From Niastella sp. (GTDB lineage Bacteria > Bacteroidota > Bacteroidia > Chitinophagales > Chitinophagaceae), in NCBI GenBank assembly GCA_021154515.1, contig JAJKIL010000347.1, positions 1 to 37,951 of the forward strand: 37,951 nt of DNA. The letters run 5' to 3'. The translations under genes and the position numbers were made by a program. Under the pieces are notes generated by a model. It was not told the DNA's origin. It was given only the letters and a program-made list of their open reading frames with translations, and made no database searches. Below, one piece after another: positions 31,701 to 37,951 of this stretch; the first letter of the stretch is position 1, and each line of letters opens with the position of its first letter.

Positions 31701-34700
31701 GTCATCTCGGCAGGATCCTTCCTGAACATGCCATCCCGGCCCATTTCATCCGGCTGGGAGAATTCCCATTGACACCTAACGGCAAAGTAGACAGGAAAAA
31801 ACTCATCGAATACACCGGGGAAGGTATCAGCGGTGGTACGGAATATATTGCTCCCCGAAATGAAACGGAAGCGAAACTGGCAGAGGTATGGGAGGAAATT
31901 CTGGGTAAAGAAAAGATCGGTGTCAGGAATAGTTTTTTCGAAATGGGCGGCGACTCCATAAAGATCCTGAGAATGGTAGCTGCAGCCCGGAAAAAGCTGG
32001 ATCTGGAAATTCCGGTTGCCGAAGTCTATAAACACAATACGATCGAAAGTATCCTGATGCATGTGCTGCAGCATAAAGAGTACATCGGGGTGAGACAGGA
32101 AGCAGATACAACTATGAGAGCGGCCGTGATCGCACAAATGGATGTATTGAAGACGCGGGTACTATCCTATGATCATATCGCGAACAGGCAAAAAATAGAA
32201 GATGTCTATCCCATGAGCGACATCGAAAAAGGGATGGTCTATGAGTCGCTATTGAACGATGGGTATACTATCTATCACGATCAAATGGTCCATCAACGGG
32301 TCTTCCCTGCATTTGATAGTACAAGGTTCAGATTGGCCATGCAATTGCTCGTTGAAAAACATTCCATATTGCGGACAAGCTTCGATGTGAGCAATCTTGA
32401 GCAGCCGGTACAGCTGGTGCATCGGACAATACCCGTGGACGTGCATTATGCCGACCTGTCCGGCACTGACAGTACAGAACAGGAAGCTACCATAAGATCA
32501 TTTCTCCGGGCTGAATTGCAGCGCCCTTTCGATACTGCAAAAGCACCCTTGTGGCGGATGGCCGCATTTAATATCGGGGAAAACAGGATCGTATTCGTTT
32601 CCCAATGTCATCATGCCACTATCGATGGCTGGAGCGATGCCCTGTTCATGACAGAACTGAATAACCTCTACCTGCGGCTGGCAGAGGAGCCGGATTATAG
32701 ACCCGTGAAACTGCGATCGGATTATAAGGAATTTGTGATCCGGCAGGAGATCGATAAAATGGATCAGTCGGTGCGTACATTCTGGAAGGATGAACTGGCC
32801 GGCTTTAAAAAACCGGAGCTTTTCACCAGTGAAGATTTTTCAGGAAGATACCATTTCGTTCCTGACAGGAGTATGGTAAAGAAACTGGAAACCCGGGCAG
32901 GCAAACTGGATACCAGTATAAAAGCCATCTCATTAAGCGCCTTCCTGTACCTGCTGCAGGTATTGAGCTATAATGAAGAAATAGTAGTGGGTGTCGTAAC
33001 GAATACCAGGCCGGATTGCGAAGATGGAGATAAGGTACTGGGCTGCTTTTTAAATACGATCCCGCTGCGTATGGAGATCAGCAGCGATGAAAAATGCACG
33101 TCACTCACCAGAAGAGTGTATAATAAACTGATCGCCTTAAAAGACAAAGAACGATTGAGTCTGCTGGAGATTGCGCGATTGCATACAAAGGGAACGGGCA
33201 ATCCTTTTTTTGATGTCATTTTCAATTATGTCGACTTTCACGCATACAATGAGATTGAAAATAAACTTCCTAATGGCTACGGACAGCAAGTTGCTGGGAT
33301 TGAGATTGCGGGTAAAGGAGTGACCAATACTTTTCTTGACCTGACCGTTAACATGACCGGCGGTAGATTCAGTGTTGGGATCACCATGGGGAAAAAGATG
33401 AAAGGCGGTTTTACCCCCGAACAAATAGGGGGCTTATATATGACCATACTATCCTTTCTAACCGACCCGGCCGACAGGGCACTCCATACGATAGAGCTCG
33501 TGGGGGAAGTGGAGAAGCAGCAACTGCTCACAGCATTTAATCCGGTCCCTGTAAAGATGCCCGATGGACCGGCAACGATTGTGGAGCTGTTTGAGGAAAA
33601 GGTGGCAAGAACGCCCGATCGGGTTGCCCTGGCATACAGGAATACAACAATGACTTACCGGGAGCTCAATGAACAATCGAATCAGCTGGCGCATCATCTC
33701 AGAACAACCTGTCATATACTACCGGACGATCTGATCGGAATAAAACTGGAGAGATCGGAAAGACTGATTATAACGATACTGGCTATTCTGAAAAGTGGCG
33801 GCGCTTATCTGCCCGTAGATCCTGGCAACCCACCGGAACGCATCGATTACATGATCAAAGACAGCGGATGCCAGTTGTTTATTGATGAAAACTGGCTGAA
33901 TGACTATGATCAGTTTCAGAAAGCAGAAGGACTGAATGACCCCATTCAGGTCAACCAGCCTAACAACCTGGCGTATGTCATTTATACCTCAGGGTCTACC
34001 GGAAAACCAAAAGGCGTGCTGGTAGAACACCGGTCGGTCGTGAACCTGATTGTAGCACAAAGGGCTGCATTCGGCATCAGTGAGGAAGACAATGTGCTTC
34101 AGGCTTCCGATGTCTCTTTTGACGCTTCGGTAGAGCAAATCTTTATCGCGCTCACCAGCGGAGCGCGGCTAACCATGATCGATAAGGCGGTGTTGCTGGA
34201 GCCGGAAAAGCTCGAAGCATTTATTGATGATCACCAGATCACTCATGTTCACCTGGTACCGGGTATACTGGCGATGCTGCCAGTTAAAAAGTACACCTGG
34301 CTGAAAAGAGTGATCGCAGGTGGGGATACCTGCCCGAAAGACCTGGCCGAAAGATGGAGTGCGCATCATCCTTTTTATAATGAATACGGGCCTACGGAGA
34401 CAACGGTCACTTCCATTATGCACTTGTATGATCCCAACAATGAGCAACAGTCATTTGTTCCTGTGGGCCGCCCGCTGCCCAACACTATTGTCTATATTTT
34501 AAAGAATGACCGGCTGGCGCCCGTTGGGGTGATCGGGGAAATCTGTATAGGCGGAGACTGTCTGGCGAGAGGCTATTTGAACAGACCCGGTTATACCGAG
34601 GCTGCCTTCGTTCCCAATCCATTCAAGGAGGGAGAAAGAATGTACAGGACCGGAGACCTGGGAAGATGGCTGGCGGATGGTACCATCGAATTTGCCGGCC

Positions 34701-37700
34701 GTATAGATAACCAGGTGAAGATAAGAGGGTATCGGATCGAGACAGGAGAGATCGAAAGCGCATTGCAAACGCATCCGGATATTGTGGCATCCGTGGTCGT
34801 TGCCAGAACGATCCATAAAGGTGAGCCCGAATTAGTCGCGTATATAGTTAGCCGTGGATCGTTGAATGTGGCCGACTTGCGTTCGCATCTGGGCAGAACA
34901 TTGCCTGGGTATATGCTGCCGTCTCATTATGTACAGATAGAAGAAATACCGCTGACATCCAATGGCAAAACAGACCGTAAAAAACTACCTGATCCGGTTG
35001 GAGCCGGAATTGCTTCGGGTAATGTTTTAGTACATCCGCGTAACCCTACTGAATCTAAGCTGGTTGCCATCTGGCAGGAAATATTGGGGAGAGAAAACAT
35101 AAGTGTGACGGATAATTTCTTTGAGCTGGGCGGACATAGTTTAAAAGCGATGAGGTTGGTTAACCAGATCCATAAGGCATTTGATGTGAGGATAACCCTG
35201 AAAGAGCTGTTTGCGAAAAGTCTGTTGCAAGAACAGGCACAGCTTATCGATCAGGCTCAGAAAACAACATTTACAGGCATTGCGGCTGTAGCGGATTGGC
35301 CCGATCATGTCTTATCTTCCTCACAACGGAGATTATGGGTGATGAGCCAGTTTGAAGAAGCGAATATTGGTTACAATATGCCCTCCATATATCGTTTTGA
35401 AGGCCGGCTGAACAAGCCGGCGTTGGAGACGGCTTTTGGCAGGTTGATAGGCCGGCATGAGATCTTGCGGACTGTCTTCAGGGAAAACCAGCAGGGAGAG
35501 ATCCGGCAGTTCATTCACGCACCTGAAATGACCGGTTTCCGTTTGTTGTTCGAAGAGCTGCATAAGGAAGAGGTAGCGGAAAGAGTGCAGGCTGCGGTCA
35601 ATGAGCCATTTGATCTGGCAACGGGGCCTTTGATCAGGGCCAGTGTTTTCCAGGTTGCTGGCGATGAATGGGTGTTCTTTATTAACATGCATCATATTAT
35701 TGGTGACGGCACGTCGACGGTTATCCTCATCAATGAATTGTTACAATTGTATAAGGCGCAAATCGCAGGTCAGCCAGATCCTTTCATTCCATTGCGCATC
35801 CAATACAAAGATTATGCAGCCTGGCAACAGGAACAATTGAACAGGCATCTGTTTGACAAACATAAAGCCTGGTGGCTGGATCAATTAGGCGGTGAGCTGC
35901 CTTTATTGGAGCTGCCGGTTGATAGACCCCGGCCTCCTGTAAAGAGCTATAGGGGAGGCCTTATCAGACGCATATTTTCCGCTAAACAATATGAAGGCCT
36001 CGGATCGCTGGGCAGGGAGCAGGGCAGTACTTTGTTTATGGGCCTGCTGGCCTTGGTGAATGCCTTGTTGTACCGGTATACCGGCCAGGAAGATATTATC
36101 ATCGGAAGTCCGATCGCCGGCAGGGAACATGCGGATCTGGAAGATCAGATCGGATTCTATGTAAATACGCTGGCGCTAAGAACCCGGTTTTCCGGGGAGG
36201 ATAGCTTTGAAGGCTTGCTGGAACACGTTCGCCAGGTTACGTTTGATGCCTATGAGCACCAGTCGTACCCGTTCGATGAACTGGTAGATGATCTCCATCT
36301 TCAGCGGGATATGAGCAGGGGCGCCTTGTTCGATGTGATGGTCGTTTTACAAAACTACGAATCCATTGGGAAGGAGGATGCTTTAGGGGAGCTGCGGGTG
36401 AGCGGGTACGAAGGCGGAGAACACCAGACCAGCAAATTTGATCTCCTTTTCACTTTTACACAAGAGGAGGGCGTACTCATCTTATTTCTTGAATACAATA
36501 GTGATATTTTTGACAGAACTACTGCAGACCGGATAGGCGATCATTTAATGCAGCTGCTGGATGCCGTTATAGAAACTCCAGCCGTTGCTATTCATCAACT
36601 GGATTATTTACAGCCGGCAGAAAAGGAGCAGCTGCTGCATGCATTCAACGATACTGCTTTCGACTGTTCTAACAACAGAACCGTCATAGATCTGCTGGAA
36701 GAGCAGGTGAGTAGAACGCCGTCTGCCACGGCTCTTGTCGTCGGGGAAAAGCGATTCAGCTACCGCGAGGTCAACGAGTGGTCGAACCGGCTGGCAGCAA
36801 AGATAGTGGAGCTGGGCAGCGTTCGTAGGGGCGACAGCGTCGGTGTATTGCTGGATCGCTCTGAATGGTCGGTGTTTGCTATGATCGGGATCATGAAACT
36901 GGGCTGCGTGTATGTGCCGATCGATGCATCGCTACCGGCCAGCCGTATCGAATACATGTTGGAAGCAAGCCGGTCAAAATTGCTGATCACAGAAAGATCA
37001 GAAAATAACCATTACTCATTTGAATTACCTGTCATAACAGTCGACGAAGTAACAGCGCACATCAATTCGTCCAATCCGGCTCTGGGCATTACCGGCACAG
37101 AAACTTCTTATATCATTTATACCTCGGGTTCTACAGGCGATCCGAAAGGAGTGGAACAAACGCATCTTACCCTGTACAACCTGATCATCTGGAGTATTGA
37201 AGGGGCAGGTTTTGACACTGGAACCAGGCAGTTACAGTTCTCTTCCTTTAGCTTCGATATGTCTCTGTATGACATCTGTTATGTTTTTGCTACAGGAGGA
37301 GAGCTTCATGTGATCAGCGAAGAGCTCCGCAGGGATCCGTGGGCCCTGAAAGCGTATGTGATCGGAGCGGGTATAACGACTTTATCGATGCCCTATTCCG
37401 CACTGAAAGCCTTATTCAGTGCAATAGGATCGGAGGAGTGGACGGGGCACCAGTTACGGGAGATCATCTCGGCCGGAGAGCAATTATATGTGAGCGGCGG
37501 GCTGCAGGAATTACTGAAAAAAGATACTGAGCTGCGGCTCTATAATTTATACGGTCCATCGGAAACGCATGTAGTAACAGGGGTATCCTATAGTTATAGC
37601 AAAGGACCGATACCGGAAAAAGCAGGTATCGGCCAGCCTGTATACAATACGGTGATCTATATCCTGGATAAAGAAATGCAGCTGGTGCCGCCAGGCGTGG

Positions 37701-37951
37701 AAGGAGAGATCTATATCGGGGGATGGAACCTGGCAAAAGGTTATATCGGCCGGGCAGACCTGACGGCTGAAAAGTTTATTCCCGATCCATTCCGGAATGG
37801 CGAACTGGTGTATCGCAGCGGGGATATTGGGAAATGGCTGCCGGGAGGCGGGATCGAATATCTCCGGCGCAGGGACCACCAGTTGAAGATCAACGGATAC
37901 CGGATAGAGTTAGGAGAGATCGAGCAGGCCTTGCGGCGCAATGACCAGGTA
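28727..37951 (+). CDS. NRPS3, 3'-truncated; N-terminal docking domain-C-A(His)-T-C*-A-T-C-A(partial)
   Basis: Not in the ORF track because there is no stop before the window end. ATG 28727 overlaps the NRPS2 stop (ATGA). Frame +2 translation at checkpoints: MRELLNRLKKQDILLEVVDGKLKL, HHIISDGW (29348), FDSSIAG (30914), GGDSI (31946), HHATIDGWS (32609), FDASVEQ, GGHSL, HHIIGDG, FDMSLYD, ending ELGEIEQALRRNDQV. Confidence 0.95.
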   Translation, partial: MRELLNRLKKQDILLEVVDGKLKLFANDTNLDPALIAEVKAKSNELLQFLSNADQSGFNDSYSLHIPATPEAGHYPLSSSQEMLWIVCQHEQSNVGYNIREVYEFEGQLDIAALSSAFNNLLKRHEILRTEFREDEKGVIRQLVRSKEEIDFKIGYWDLRNETDQEAQVSRLLRRSSLMPFDLAEGPLLRADCWQIEDHRYIFSYVMHHIISDGWTMEILLRELLHYYNATLQGGSDDRPPLRIQYRDYVAWLQEQLSGAAKSAHKAYWLQQFQGDLPVLALEGDKPRPPLKTYNGEELSFRIGADTAKGIKALCKAQGATLFMGLLAAVTALLNKFTGQEDIVIGTPIAGRGHADLEDQIGYYVNTLALRMQFSRNNNYRAMLEMAKQVTLGAYEHQLYPFGELVEALHMQRDMSRNPLFDVQVILGQSGMLKAEDNSIAGGLQVRNYEGEQSRTSRFDIVFNFVEAGDELLLGILYNSGIYTHEGITRLGACLEQLMAAIVMSPETTIVLLDCLHANEKQKILTDFNGGQLEYPNNQTVLDLFNKQVLLHPDHPALVFEGESHTYKELDNLSNRLAGYLKKNYAITGNDLIGIMVDRSDKMIIGILGILKSGAAYVPVDPDYPQARKKFIIRDTQIKVLLTQSDYLFDLDYYDGAIFALDIQLDMPDDQLEYSNPDPAHIAYIIYTSGSTGNPKGVLIDHGNLMHSLVSRMEIYPGVRKFLLMSSYAFDSSIAGIFGTLCTGGTLCIIKKTDTANAHWIAEYIVKNGISHLLTVPSLYQVLLSELADTNNALSVVIVAGETCSVQLVNYHYSLSAMQDCVLYNEYGPTEGSVWSSVYTYEKGQQPFLTIGKPIHNTQMYILRDGVSVLPVGLPGEICIGGRGVASGYLNQPYLTAKKFVTNPFKAGERMYRTGDLGKWLPDGNIVFMGRMDDQVKIRGYRVELGEVENALQTHASIDAAIVVARPDKEGNKELAAFVTGPDTLTVPEIKGHLGRILPEHAIPAHFIRLGEFPLTPNGKVDRKKLIEYTGEGISGGTEYIAPRNETEAKLAEVWEEILGKEKIGVRNSFFEMGGDSIKILRMVAAARKKLDLEIPVAEVYKHNTIESILMHVLQHKEYIGVRQEADTTMRAAVIAQMDVLKTRVLSYDHIANRQKIEDVYPMSDIEKGMVYESLLNDGYTIYHDQMVHQRVFPAFDSTRFRLAMQLLVEKHSILRTSFDVSNLEQPVQLVHRTIPVDVHYADLSGTDSTEQEATIRSFLRAELQRPFDTAKAPLWRMAAFNIGENRIVFVSQCHHATIDGWSDALFMTELNNLYLRLAEEPDYRPVKLRSDYKEFVIRQEIDKMDQSVRTFWKDELAGFKKPELFTSEDFSGRYHFVPDRSMVKKLETRAGKLDTSIKAISLSAFLYLLQVLSYNEEIVVGVVTNTRPDCEDGDKVLGCFLNTIPLRMEISSDEKCTSLTRRVYNKLIALKDKERLSLLEIARLHTKGTGNPFFDVIFNYVDFHAYNEIENKLPNGYGQQVAGIEIAGKGVTNTFLDLTVNMTGGRFSVGITMGKKMKGGFTPEQIGGLYMTILSFLTDPADRALHTIELVGEVEKQQLLTAFNPVPVKMPDGPATIVELFEEKVARTPDRVALAYRNTTMTYRELNEQSNQLAHHLRTTCHILPDDLIGIKLERSERLIITILAILKSGGAYLPVDPGNPPERIDYMIKDSGCQLFIDENWLNDYDQFQKAEGLNDPIQVNQPNNLAYVIYTSGSTGKPKGVLVEHRSVVNLIVAQRAAFGISEEDNVLQASDVSFDASVEQIFIALTSGARLTMIDKAVLLEPEKLEAFIDDHQITHVHLVPGILAMLPVKKYTWLKRVIAGGDTCPKDLAERWSAHHPFYNEYGPTETTVTSIMHLYDPNNEQQSFVPVGRPLPNTIVYILKNDRLAPVGVIGEICIGGDCLARGYLNRPGYTEAAFVPNPFKEGERMYRTGDLGRWLADGTIEFAGRIDNQVKIRGYRIETGEIESALQTHPDIVASVVVARTIHKGEPELVAYIVSRGSLNVADLRSHLGRTLPGYMLPSHYVQIEEIPLTSNGKTDRKKLPDPVGAGIASGNVLVHPRNPTESKLVAIWQEILGRENISVTDNFFELGGHSLKAMRLVNQIHKAFDVRITLKELFAKSLLQEQAQLIDQAQKTTFTGIAAVADWPDHVLSSSQRRLWVMSQFEEANIGYNMPSIYRFEGRLNKPALETAFGRLIGRHEILRTVFRENQQGEIRQFIHAPEMTGFRLLFEELHKEEVAERVQAAVNEPFDLATGPLIRASVFQVAGDEWVFFINMHHIIGDGTSTVILINELLQLYKAQIAGQPDPFIPLRIQYKDYAAWQQEQLNRHLFDKHKAWWLDQLGGELPLLELPVDRPRPPVKSYRGGLIRRIFSAKQYEGLGSLGREQGSTLFMGLLALVNALLYRYTGQEDIIIGSPIAGREHADLEDQIGFYVNTLALRTRFSGEDSFEGLLEHVRQVTFDAYEHQSYPFDELVDDLHLQRDMSRGALFDVMVVLQNYESIGKEDALGELRVSGYEGGEHQTSKFDLLFTFTQEEGVLILFLEYNSDIFDRTTADRIGDHLMQLLDAVIETPAVAIHQLDYLQPAEKEQLLHAFNDTAFDCSNNRTVIDLLEEQVSRTPSATALVVGEKRFSYREVNEWSNRLAAKIVELGSVRRGDSVGVLLDRSEWSVFAMIGIMKLGCVYVPIDASLPASRIEYMLEASRSKLLITERSENNHYSFELPVITVDEVTAHINSSNPALGITGTETSYIIYTSGSTGDPKGVEQTHLTLYNLIIWSIEGAGFDTGTRQLQFSSFSFDMSLYDICYVFATGGELHVISEELRRDPWALKAYVIGAGITTLSMPYSALKALFSAIGSEEWTGHQLREIISAGEQLYVSGGLQELLKKDTELRLYNLYGPSETHVVTGVSYSYSKGPIPEKAGIGQPVYNTVIYILDKEMQLVPPGVEGEIYIGGWNLAKGYIGRADLTAEKFIPDPFRNGELVYRSGDIGKWLPGGGIEYLRRRDHQLKINGYRIELGEIEQALRRNDQV
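29816..29840 (+). repeat. 25-bp exact repeat, copy 1 (TATGTAAATACGCTGGCGCTAAGAA), in first C domain of NRPS3
   Basis: Identical to 36158..36182; lies within a ~100-bp stretch of high similarity. Confidence 0.8.
36158..36182 (+). repeat. 25-bp exact repeat, copy 2, in third C domain of NRPS3
   Basis: Identical to 29816..29840. Confidence 0.8.

Noticed and set aside
28731-37951. Apparent 9-kb gap without a long ORF (pseudogene or non-coding region)
   Set aside because: Artifact of the ORF caller needing a stop codon; frame +2 gives NRPS motifs at every checkpoint to the window end.
1-37951. Siderophore cluster as the main interpretation
   Set aside because: No TonB-dependent receptor, N-hydroxylase or Fur box is visible, and the prodrug peptidase favours a toxin. 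Not fully excluded, because the flanks are unseen.
1-37951. RNA genes, CRISPR arrays, mobile elements, terminators or internal promoters
   Set aside because: Intergenic gaps are all under about 40 bp, with no convincing hairpins, repeat-spacer arrays, transposases or promoter motifs.

Overview
The window lies entirely inside a large nonribosomal peptide synthetase (NRPS) gene cluster. All 11 genes are on the + strand with very short gaps. The AT-rich starts without Shine-Dalgarno sequences and the protein styles suggest Bacteroidota, probably Chitinophagaceae-like (inference). Gene order: 5'-truncated NRPS1 (A-T-E-C-A-T-C); a ~13.7 kb tailoring/export cassette; NRPS2 (A-T-C-A-T-C-A-T); and 3'-truncated NRPS3 (dock-C-A-T-C*-A-T-C-A, 28727 to window end, missing from the ORF track because it has no stop codon here). 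The cassette encodes a SAM methyltransferase, a luciferase-like monooxygenase, an AsnB-type amidotransferase, a secreted beta-lactamase-fold hydrolase with a CBM6-like tail, an Asp/Glu racemase, an FtsX/MacB-type permease, a ClbP/ZmaM-like peptidase fused to a cyclic-peptide ABC exporter, and a CmlA-type diiron beta-hydroxylase. Hand-read A-domain codes suggest the segment (D-Ala?)-(D-Asp/Glu-type)-(D-Asp/Glu-type)-Asp-Val-His*-(basic?)-(Pro-clade). Three features stand out: microcystin-like D-x-R-H A domains next to a racemase and an amidotransferase; a prodrug-activating peptidase-exporter; and a His module whose GGDSI carrier is followed by a DCL-like C domain with no E domain. I do not recognise the cluster as a characterised one, but cannot search databases. 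Domain boundaries are approximate and specificity codes were aligned by eye.
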